A stretch of DNA of 64,000 nt from contig CBDDIJ010000003.1 in assembly GCA_965228855.1 (NCBI GenBank), positions 2,368,001 through 2,432,000 on the forward strand, written 5' to 3'. Both the position numbers and the translations under genes were made by a program. Position 1 is the stretch's first letter, and the number at the start of each line of letters is the position of its first letter. Of the stretch, positions 49,438 to 57,591 are shown one piece after another. The DNA is from Candidatus Obscuribacterales bacterium. GTDB taxonomy: Bacteria; Cyanobacteriota; Vampirovibrionia; Obscuribacterales; Obscuribacteraceae. Under the pieces are notes generated by a model. That model saw only the letters and a program-made list of their open reading frames with translations. It searched no databases and was not told the origin of the DNA.

Positions 49438-51127
49438 ATGCTTACAAGAAACAAAAGAACTCTGATTCTCGGTGTGCTGCTCAGTGCGGTGTTCATCGCA
49501 TGCGGCGCGCAGGTTTGTACAGCCAAGCAGCTCGTCGGTCTTTGGAATACGCATGGAAGGCAGATTCTCCCGATCGAATATGATGAAATCCGAAGAAGTG
49601 GCGACAAATTTGTCGTTTCGAAATCCGTGACAAACGACAACGGTGTCACCACGCGAACTCAGTTTGAGATCGACAAAACTGGCAAACGTCTCACACAGCC
49701 GCATCCAGTGCCACCAGCAAAACCTTATCAGGCAACAACTGAAACAAAATTTGCTGTTCCGCCAGGCTGGACGGCCGCGCGAAATTACGACTTCGGATGT
49801 AGCATCTCAAAAGACCAGGGAAGAACCCTAGGGTTTGTCGATATAGAAGGCAAGCTCTCCGTTTTGCCCAAAGACCGTTCGATCATTCCTGTAGGTGCAG
49901 GTCTTTTCATGGAGAGCTCATACCCGGACGTCGGTGGTGAGATTTTCTCGCTACTAGGCCCTGATTTCAAAAAAATCGCAACTTTACCTCGAGAGATACA
50001 GATTCTGAAGGACGAGTACAGAGATGGTCTCTTAAAAGTTCGCACCGCAAATGGTGCCATCGGATTTATAAATACCGCGGGGCTTTATCAAATCAAACCA
50101 CTCAATATCTTTGAGGCCGACGATTTTAGAAATGGCATCTGCAATGTTGAGATCAAAACTCGAGACGGAAACGCAGCCGCAGTAATAGATAAAAAGGGCA
50201 AAGTGCTAGCGGGTCCTTACGCCAACGCAACATTCCCATTCGCCCCCAGGAATACAGAACAGATAGTTGTAGACTTTGCTGCTCAAAAGCGCGGCGGCGT
50301 GATAGACAGGAACGGAACGCCGATTATATCTCTCGACCACGATTTCATTCTGGAGTACGGAGACAAGTACGTCGGTCGTAAGGATGGACATTGGAAAATT
50401 TTTTCGCATGACGGAAAAGTCATTCAGACACTTCCTGAGTCGGTAAGTTACTTAAGCCCCGCTGGAAAGGGTCTATGGGTTTTCGCTGAAGGCGGAACAA
50501 ATTCAAGGACAGCAAACGAATTTCGCGGGAATCCAAATCAAGACAGCAAATATGGAATCATGAGTGACTCTGGTAATGTGGTGGTCCCAGCAAAGTTCTC
50601 CGCAACGTCTGGAGAAATATCGGACGGCTTACTTTTAGTCCACCCAAACACCACTGGGTGATCGGTGGGGCGTGTTGCGTCTAAGCAGCAAAACAGTCTC
50701 ATTCGTGCCAGGCGCGGATGCGATCTCAATGGAAGGTGGATTTATCTTTGCTTACCGAGAATGCCATAAATTTGATGGTGAAATTTGGAAAAACTCGCAG
50801 GGAGGAAACTGGCAAGACTTTCTTTTCACTTACGATCTGATCGGCATGCCCAGAGAGAAAGTAGAAGCACTTCTCGGCAAACCGGCAGCTCCACGAAAGC
50901 GCGTCGAGAGCGGTGCGTCCATCTCACAATACTCTAGGGGGAGAACGGCAGGTTGTGGAAACTCATGCCACGGAGTTCAGATTGAGTTCGATTCCAAAGA
51001 CTTCGCCACTGGGTGGAGAGATGTGACCTTAACAGATGTCGGCGAGTGGAATCGAGACAACGTGCTCTTGATCAATGCTCCACATAGTCAGTCACTGCAG
51101 GTGGTGCCTAAACACAAGCGACAATAG
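49438..51127 (+). pseudogene. Tandem WG-repeat paralog split by a +1 frameshift (pseudogene or sequencing error)
   Basis: ORFs 49438-50661 and 50672-51127 together are colinear with 47608-49326; removing one G at 50656-58 gives ...TGDRWGVLR. Confidence 0.75.
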
Positions 51128-51245
51128 TTCAGTGAATTGAAAACGGAGGCAGCAAACACTTGGAAACTAAGATCAAAAAAATGTTTGCTCGAACTATAAA
51201 TATTTCGTGTACACTTTCTTTACAAAACCTCAATGGTGAAAACGG

Positions 51246-51353
51246 ATGTTGAATTTCGTTCTGCTCGTAACCGCTGTAGTCGCCGCAGTGTTGATAATTC
51301 CAGCATTGATTGGCGTAGCCGTAGGTCTGTTCTACGGGACCGCGGAAAGTTAG
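51246..51353 (+). CDS. 35-aa hydrophobic single-TM peptide (not in ORF track)
   Basis: MLNFVLLVTAVVAAVLIIPALIGVAVGLFYGTAES; GGTGA upstream, terminator-like hairpin downstream. Confidence 0.55.
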   Translation: MLNFVLLVTAVVAAVLIIPALIGVAVGLFYGTAES

Positions 51354-51377
51354 AGGCAACCCGGAATCTTATAAAAC

Positions 51378-51413
51378 AAACGCTGCTTGACTATTCCAAG
51401 CCGCGTTTTTTTT
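51378..51413 (+). terminator. Terminator-like hairpin
   Basis: AAACGCTGCTTG...CAAGCCGCG followed by T8. Confidence 0.6.
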
Positions 51414-51505
51414 ATAAACGCGTTTTTCTTCGACTCCGAATTCTTTGGTCTTAATGACCACGCAGTTTCAATGAATAAACTAAACCCGAATGCCGCGTTC
51501 AGGTT

Positions 51506-52990
51506 CTAAAACGGATCTGGGGTTCCCGTTTGGGGTGACGCCAGAGGCGTATTAAAGATGCTGTTCGGGTCGCTGTCAGCCGAACCTTGAGCGCCCTGCG
51601 AAAAGTTTCCAGATTGAAGTTGGTTCGGATTCTGCAAATTGCCGGGGAAGAAAGTTGATTGTGCCCCTTGCAGAGGTGGCAGAGAACTGCTGTGTCCCTG
51701 AACGCTGGCTGGGAAACCTGGAATTCCAGAAGCAGTTGTACCAGGCATGCCGCCTGGAAAACCGTTTTGAGTAAATGTCGGAGGGGCTCCGGCAGAGGAA
51801 CCGGGGAAACCACCCTGAGCAAAGTTTGGCACCGCCCCCGGTGCTAGTCCGGGAACGCCTGGTTGATTATATCCAGGCATTCCTGGCACCGCTCCTGGTG
51901 TCAAGCCTGGAATATTGGGAACGTTGCCTTGAAGTCCTGGAACTCCGGGCATCGCCCCTGGTGTCAGACCCGGCACCCCGGGAACACCTTGACCGCCATT
52001 CAGTGCAGCGGCCGGATTGTTCATCTTCGCCACGTCCAACATTGAATTCAGTTTTACCGAAACCGGTGTCCCGGCTGATAGAACAAATTCTTTGCCGCGC
52101 ATTGCTTTATTCGTCACCCAGCTGATACCGCCAACCGAGGAGAACAACATGCCTTTTACGGCTTGTCCGTAGTCACCGAAGTTGATGCCTGAATTGCGTA
52201 GCTTCGGTTCTTTCAACTGGTCGTGAGCGGGGTTGCGGTCGATGAAACCGTTGATGCTGGAGGTTCGTCCATCCGGAAAGACTATTGTTTTCAACGCAAT
52301 GGACAAGCGCCCAGGCATACCGAGACGCTGTGTGGCTGCCGGAGCAGAATCGACAACTACTCCCAGAATCTTGGAGTTGGGGGGAACCAGTTCCTCACCC
52401 TCATTCGAGTAGCCATGAGGGAGCAAAATGCTAAAAACATCTCCGCGTTTGCTCTTTATAGATGATAGGTTGGTTTCCGAGACTCCTGTCAAGACGGTAC
52501 CGGGTGTGAGGCGTTTGCCTGCAAACTGTTTGAAGAAATCAGGGGTCACTCCGCCCTTACCGGTCAGGTTTGGAGGCAATATTCCGGGGCTCGTCGGAGG
52601 AGTCCCAGGCGCGACCAATCCGGGTACGGTCCCCATGCCGTCGTATCCACCGGAGGGAGTTCCTTGAAACGTACCGCCCGGAGATCCAACCGGTGTACCT
52701 GGAAAGAGTTGACCAGATGGCACAGTGCCGCCAGTCATTCCCGGAGTTCCCGAACCGTCAGCGCCGCCCGTATACCCCGGCAGCGGATTGCCCGCGGTTC
52801 CAGGAGTCGTGTATCCATTGGCGCCCTGGGTGTTTACACTGCGACCGCCGCCATATGGTGCTGTGGGCGGGGGCTCGTTTCTCGGAATCTGCCATTGTTC
52901 GCGCGCATGGGCTGTCGCGGCCAGGGCAACCAAGAAACCGATGCTGAGAAGCAGTTTAAGAACCGTCGAATTTCCGTTTCTAAGAGACAA
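51506..52990 (-). CDS. Secreted Pro/Gly-rich protein with central TrbI/VirB10-like beta domain
   Basis: Signal peptide; LTPGTVL.G....LSS..SKRGD.F, VP..SKILG.V, GRL.I..KTI.FPDG and L.AGT.V.V.L; PG(V/L) repeats. Confidence 0.7.
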   Translation of the reverse strand: MSLRNGNSTVLKLLLSIGFLVALAATAHAREQWQIPRNEPPPTAPYGGGRSVNTQGANGYTTPGTAGNPLPGYTGGADGSGTPGMTGGTVPSGQLFPGTPVGSPGGTFQGTPSGGYDGMGTVPGLVAPGTPPTSPGILPPNLTGKGGVTPDFFKQFAGKRLTPGTVLTGVSETNLSSIKSKRGDVFSILLPHGYSNEGEELVPPNSKILGVVVDSAPAATQRLGMPGRLSIALKTIVFPDGRTSSINGFIDRNPAHDQLKEPKLRNSGINFGDYGQAVKGMLFSSVGGISWVTNKAMRGKEFVLSAGTPVSVKLNSMLDVAKMNNPAAALNGGQGVPGVPGLTPGAMPGVPGLQGNVPNIPGLTPGAVPGMPGYNQPGVPGLAPGAVPNFAQGGFPGSSAGAPPTFTQNGFPGGMPGTTASGIPGFPASVQGHSSSLPPLQGAQSTFFPGNLQNPNQLQSGNFSQGAQGSADSDPNSIFNTPLASPQTGTPDPF

Positions 52991-53192
52991 GAAGCTTTCC
53001 CTGGCTGGTTTTGCCGTTATTATTGACGTTTACGAGCACATTTTATTTGAATCTAATAATACGCACAATGTGAAGAATACGCAGGGATCGAGATGTTACC
53101 GGTCTTCACACATGATAGAATTTCCAATCGCTTCAGTATCAATTGGGTCGAACGGCTCCCAGCCGTCTGCCTTTCTGAGATTGAGCATCGTT

Positions 53193-53256
53193 ATCCCTTG
53201 CCCGTCCTGCAGGACACAACACCTGCCAGATGGGTCGCACACGACCAAAGGGGAAT
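53193..53256 (+). promoter_or_regulatory. Candidate S6:S18 (rpsF) ribosomal protein leader
   Basis: TCCCTTGCCC..hairpin..GGGTCG..ACCAAAGGGGA; the 5' TCCCTT can pair with the SD region. Confidence 0.55.
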
Positions 53257-53259
53257 TCA

Positions 53260-53592
53260 GTGAGCGACAAATTAGAAACATACGAAGTTGTATACATTAT
53301 TCGTCCCAACCTCGACGAAGAAGGCGTTGATAAAGCTGTCAACGCGGTCGAGGAGTTCATGAAGAACCAGGGCTGCGAAATTGAATCTACCGACAAGAAA
53401 GGCAGAAAGCGCCTTGCTTACGAAGTCAAAAAGATGCGTGACGGCTATTACGTTCACACCATCTTCAAAGCTCCGTCGCAAGCGATCGCGCCGATCAAGC
53501 GCATGATGTCCCTCTCGGAAGACATTATTCGCAACCTCGTCGTACACCTGCCCAAACTGGCACTTCTGGCATCACCGCCAGCACAAATCTAG
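53260..53592 (+). CDS. rpsF: 30S ribosomal protein S6
   Basis: YEVVYIIRP, G.KRLAYEVKK and DIIR motifs; GTG 53260. Confidence 0.96.
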   Translation: MSDKLETYEVVYIIRPNLDEEGVDKAVNAVEEFMKNQGCEIESTDKKGRKRLAYEVKKMRDGYYVHTIFKAPSQAIAPIKRMMSLSEDIIRNLVVHLPKLALLASPPAQI

Positions 53593-53670
53593 TTCGTTTC
53601 GGAGTTTCGAAACGAGGCTCCACCAGATTAGCACCCACAGCCAGAGCTCGAGTAGCAAGGTAGGTTCAAC

Positions 53671-54117
53671 ATGAGTTTAACCAAAATAGTTGTATCAGGA
53701 CGAGTGATAAAGAGCCCTGAAAAGCGCTTTACACCTAACACAAACGTTGCAGTGACTGAGTTTGCAATCGCTGTCGAATCGGCTCCCCGACAAGACGGAT
53801 CGAAAGAAACCACCGCTGTGAAGGTCGTCACCTGGCGAGACCTCGCTGAGAGATGCTCTCAAGAAATCAAAAAAGGCGATTTGGTATGCGTCGATGGACG
53901 CCTCCAAATCAACACACACACATCGTCCGACGGTCAAAAGAAGCGCGATGCGGAAATCGACGCGATAAGCGTTGAAAACCTTTCTAGCGCTGCTGGATCG
54001 GCTGGCTCGGTTTCAGCACCGGCTGAGAAAGTTCCGCAAGGAGCAGCAGTCGGAGCGGCACCAGCAGCCGAAGATCTCGACATGATCTTCGCGAACGACG
54101 ATGAGATTCCGTTCTAA
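53671..54117 (+). CDS. ssb: Single-stranded DNA-binding protein
   Basis: PEKRFTP, V..W..LAE, KGDLV.VDGRL; C-terminal DDEIPF. Confidence 0.93.
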   Translation: MSLTKIVVSGRVIKSPEKRFTPNTNVAVTEFAIAVESAPRQDGSKETTAVKVVTWRDLAERCSQEIKKGDLVCVDGRLQINTHTSSDGQKKRDAEIDAISVENLSSAAGSAGSVSAPAEKVPQGAAVGAAPAAEDLDMIFANDDEIPF

Positions 54118-54175
54118 ATCCTGAACGAGTGTGTTTTTTCCAAACCAATTATTTTCATTGAGGAGATACTGACAA

Positions 54176-54415
54176 ATGGTACGTATGCATGGTGATGGTC
54201 CGCCCCGTAGAAGAAAAACTTGCAACTTCTGCGCCGATCAATTGGACTACATCGATTACAAAGATCCGAGCCGTCTCAAGAAGTACATCACTGAAAGAGG
54301 CAAAATCTTGCCGCGTCGCATCAGCGGAAACTGCGCCCGTCACCAACGTGGTTTGACAGTCGCAATCAAGCGCGCACGTGACATCGCCCTTATGCCTTAC
54401 ATGGCTGACGGCTAA
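54176..54415 (+). CDS. rpsR: 30S ribosomal protein S18 (Zn-motif form)
   Basis: CNFC, IDYKD and [19 protein letters not shown] motifs. Confidence 0.97.
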   Translation: MVRMHGDGPPRRRKTCNFCADQLDYIDYKDPSRLKKYITERGKILPRRISGNCARHQRGLTVAIKRARDIALMPYMADG

Positions 54416-54446
54416 AAAGAAGCTCGGTCGAAAGACACGGAACTTT

Positions 54447-54482
54447 CTCGAGGGGCGCGTTTCGACGCGCCCCCACGAGTTT
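54447..54482 (+). terminator. Stem-loop/terminator after rpsR
   Basis: GGGGCGCGT-TTCG-ACGCGCCCC hairpin (UUCG loop). Confidence 0.7.
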
Positions 54483-54662
54483 AAACAGTGGAGAGTGCCC
54501 CCTGTTTAAGAAACAAGGAGCAAATCACAGTTCATTATGCTTGGCAGCGCTCGGAAAGCGGCACGAATAGCGGTTTCTGTTTCAAAGAAAAGCAAAAACC
54601 ATGCCAAGAAATAGAGTCTAGTGGACTGTTGATTCCCAACTGGTGTAAGATTTGTTTTACGC

Positions 54663-54745
54663 GCCGAAGTGGTGAAATGGCAAACACGCTACGTTCAGGG
54701 CGTAGTGAGCGCAAGCTCTTGTGGGTTCAAGTCCCACCTTCGGCA
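54663..54745 (+). tRNA. tRNA-Leu(CAG)
   Basis: Acceptor GCCGAAG/CTTCGGC, D-loop TGG, anticodon arm CTACG-TTCAGGG-CGTAG, long variable arm GAGC-GCAA-GCTC, T-arm GTGGG-TTCAAGT-CCCAC; CCA does not directly follow the discriminator. Confidence 0.96.
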
Positions 54746-54790
54746 TCCATTTCACATCGACAAACGTTAGTAGTTACGAGAGGTTAGGCA

Positions 54791-55345
54791 TTGAATCAAG
54801 ATCCCCGAGGACAACGTCCAGATCCAAGAAAGGATTTGCCTTTATTGAATGAGCGCATCAGAGTTCGCGAAGTCAGACTCATTGATGCTGAGGGGAGCCA
54901 GGTTGGGGTCGTGCCTACGCGGCAAGCGATCGCCCAAGCCAAAGAAGCCGGTCTTGATTTACTGCTGGTGCAACCCGACGCGAATCCGCCTGTAGCCAAG
55001 ATTATGGACTACGGCCGCTTCAAATTTGAGCAAGATAAACAGACACGCGAAGCTCGCAAGAAACAGCACCAGGCTGACGTCAAAGAAATCAAAATGCGGT
55101 ACAAAATCGAGGAGCATGACTATCAGGTCAAGCACCGCAAAGCCGTTGAATTCTTGAGCCACGGTGACAAAATCAAAGTCGTTATTCCGCTTCGCGGAAG
55201 AGAAATGCAACACAGCAGCATCGCGATGGAACTGGTTCAGCGCTTCGCTGGCGAGTTGAAAGAACTCGGAGCGATGGACAAAGAGCCGAAGATCGAAGGA
55301 CGCGCGATCATCATGATCCTTTCGCCGATCTCCACCAAGCGATAA
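54791..55345 (+). CDS. infC: Translation initiation factor IF-3
   Basis: NERIR.REVRLID, PPVAKIMDYG, HDYQVK and GDKIKV..LRGRE motifs; TTG start after AGAGGT. Confidence 0.97.
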   Translation: MNQDPRGQRPDPRKDLPLLNERIRVREVRLIDAEGSQVGVVPTRQAIAQAKEAGLDLLLVQPDANPPVAKIMDYGRFKFEQDKQTREARKKQHQADVKEIKMRYKIEEHDYQVKHRKAVEFLSHGDKIKVVIPLRGREMQHSSIAMELVQRFAGELKELGAMDKEPKIEGRAIIMILSPISTKR

Positions 55346-55579
55346 ACCAAATCAGATCTCGCGACAGCAGTTTGAGTGGGCATCCATCGGTTCTGTAGAA
55401 TCCGTCCGGCGTGTTGGAGCAGTCTCTTAATTTAAACGTCCCTGTGAGGTCAGATCTCGCCGCGGGCACTTAAGGCTGCTTCTACTGTCAGTAGATTCTC
55501 ACGGTTTCCGTCATCGTCCAACAGTGTTATCCGCACCCAGTGGGTGTTTTGAGAAATTATGTTTCTTGGAATTCGGTCT

Positions 55580-55978
55580 TTCGCCAAGCCAGGAAGTTAT
55601 GTCGAATTCGCCTTCTAAAAGACCCATTCCTGTGGTTAAAGCTGGAATGGTACAGCCTCTACGCAACACTTAGCGGTCCCCGAACAACGGCCGCCACTTC
55701 ATCTACCACCAGTAGAAGCAACCGCAAGGGGTCCCGCCGACTCACGTCAGGTTAAGCATAGTAAAGTAGTGAATATTTTAGACTCAGTTCAAAATTCGAA
55801 CGCCATCGATAGTCGCAATCCCGCTCCGGCGTGGAGATGTACTGATTTCGGTGTGTCGATGAGCCTATTTTACCGACCGGGTGATCACCTCGAAAACGAA
55901 GCTACGGTAGATAACGAGCCCAGTTTGGTCGGGCGAAGTATTATAATTGTCCTTTCGCCGATCTCTTTCCGGAGATAG
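55580..55978 (+). pseudogene. Degenerate second copy of infC (5' boundary uncertain)
   Basis: QVKHSKVVNIL, VAIPLR (+1 frame) and DNEPSLVGRSIIIVLSPISFRR* match the IF-3 C-terminus; 16-nt exact repeat with the end of infC. Confidence 0.7.
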
Positions 55979-56032
55979 GTGTTTGACTAGTTCGAGCCTG
56001 AGCAATCAGGCGTTTAAATTCGGTATACAAAC

Positions 56033-56242
56033 ATGCCTAAAATGAAGACCAACAAGGCGGCTGCCCGTCGGTTCAAAATCACCGGCACAGGCAAGATTCT
56101 CCGCAAACAAGCCGGCACCCGCCACATCAACGAGTGGATGTCGCCTAACGTTAAACGGAAACTGCGTGGCTGGGCTGGCCTCGATAAAGACGTAGAAAAA
56201 CACGTCCTCGCTATGTTTCCTTATCGCAAGTACCTGAGATAA
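56033..56242 (+). CDS. rpmI: 50S ribosomal protein L35
   Basis: MPKMKTNKAAARRFKITGTGK. Confidence 0.97.
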   Translation: MPKMKTNKAAARRFKITGTGKILRKQAGTRHINEWMSPNVKRKLRGWAGLDKDVEKHVLAMFPYRKYLR

Positions 56243-56356
56243 CTCGGTACTGCGGTAGATTCATCAGCGCGTGAAGTCTAAGGGACTCTCCTCCCCGATG
56301 GCAGGCGCGCTTGAGTGAGGTCTGTGTTCCAAATCAATCAAGTAGGAGATTGAAAA

Positions 56357-56731
56357 ATGGCAAAAGTAAAACGCGGAAACGTGCTGAAGAATCGGCACAA
56401 AAAAATTCTGAGATACGCAAGAGGCTTCCGCGGCTCCAACTCTAAGTTGTTCATCTCAGCAAACCAAACGTTGATGAAGGCATGGAGAAACGCCTTCAGA
56501 GACAGAAGAAAACGCAAACGTGACTTCCGCCGCCTCTGGATTGCCCGCATCAACGCAGCATGCAGAAGCCACGGAATGGTCTACAGCAAACTGATCAACG
56601 GTCTCACAAAAGCGAACATCGAAGTGAACCGCAAGATGCTTTCGGAAATGGCTATCCATGACAAAGCAGCTTTCGCGAAACTCGTTGATATCGCTAAAGA
56701 TACTGTAGAAAAAGCAGCAGCAGCCAAGTAA
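56357..56731 (+). CDS. rplT: 50S ribosomal protein L20
   Basis: [25 protein letters not shown] and [10 protein letters not shown] motifs. Confidence 0.98.
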   Translation: MAKVKRGNVLKNRHKKILRYARGFRGSNSKLFISANQTLMKAWRNAFRDRRKRKRDFRRLWIARINAACRSHGMVYSKLINGLTKANIEVNRKMLSEMAIHDKAAFAKLVDIAKDTVEKAAAAK

Positions 56732-56764
56732 GACTGACTCTTCTGTTTTAATCAGAAAAGCTCG

Positions 56765-57565
56765 ATGGAAATTATCTCGATAACCAGCTTGTCGAATTCT
56801 CTATTGAAGAGAATGCGGCTTATACAAAGCCGCTCGGGCAGGGAAAAGGAAGGTTGCTTCCTGATCGAGGGAGTGAAACTATTCGACGAAGCCGTTAAGC
56901 ACGGCGTCGATATTCAAGACGTGGTCATCACGGAGAGTCTGCTTGCAAGTGGGTTTGCCGCGGGGCATTACAGAGACGTTTTGGATAAAGTCGTAGTCGT
57001 CGAAGACAAACTAATGTCAAGCCTTGCGACGACTGAAACGCCGCAAGGCTTGATTGCTACTGCCGGTTTCAAGCGCTCACAGTTTGACGATTTGTTCGTT
57101 GGAGCAGCACCACTGGTGGTGATTGGTGATCGCGTTCAAGACCCCGGAAATTTGGGAACGATTATGCGAACCGCACTGGCATTCGGCGCAAGCGGTTTAG
57201 TTCTAACAAAAGGTTCGGTAGACGCATTCAATCCCAAGGTCGTACGCGCGGCCGCGGGCGCTCTATTCACTTTGCCGTTCGTGGAAAACGTTTCCATCGA
57301 AGAAGCGGTGCAACAGTGCCGAGAGCACGGTCTGGCGATCCTCGCCCTTTCCGCCGACGGCACGAAACAATTGCACGAGATCGATTTGAAGAAACCAACC
57401 GCTCTCTTGCTCGGCAACGAAGCAAACGGTTTGGAACAATCAGTGGAACAAGATGCGGACTTTGTCGTATCAATCCCAATGGCTGAGAAGAGCGAGTCGT
57501 TGAACGTCGCCATCGCAAACGCCGTGGTTCTTTATGAGGCGGCGTCGCAAAGGCGCAACTATTAA
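56765..57565 (+). CDS. TrmH/SpoU family RNA methyltransferase
   Basis: QDPGNLGTIMRTA, GNEANGL and IPM...ESLNVA motifs. Confidence 0.93.
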   Translation: MEIISITSLSNSLLKRMRLIQSRSGREKEGCFLIEGVKLFDEAVKHGVDIQDVVITESLLASGFAAGHYRDVLDKVVVVEDKLMSSLATTETPQGLIATAGFKRSQFDDLFVGAAPLVVIGDRVQDPGNLGTIMRTALAFGASGLVLTKGSVDAFNPKVVRAAAGALFTLPFVENVSIEEAVQQCREHGLAILALSADGTKQLHEIDLKKPTALLLGNEANGLEQSVEQDADFVVSIPMAEKSESLNVAIANAVVLYEAASQRRNY

Positions 57566-57591
57566 GACAGTGCTACTTTAAACGACATTTG

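Noticed and set aside
51800..52000. Short GC-rich repeats as a CRISPR or DNA repeat array
   Set aside because: They are degenerate coding repeats of PG(V/L) peptides, with no constant repeat/spacer structure and no cas genes.
41529..54745. Integrative element bounded by the tyrosine recombinase and tRNA-Leu
   Set aside because: The recombinase has chromosomal XerD motifs, ribosomal genes lie in between, and I saw no duplicated tRNA 3' end.
54488..54787. 99-aa ORF
   Set aside because: Overlaps tRNA-Leu; spurious.
55317..55965. infC repeat as a DGR template/variable pair or an IS target duplication
   Set aside because: Differences are not adenine-specific, no reverse transcriptase or transposase is present, and homology extends well beyond the 16-mer.
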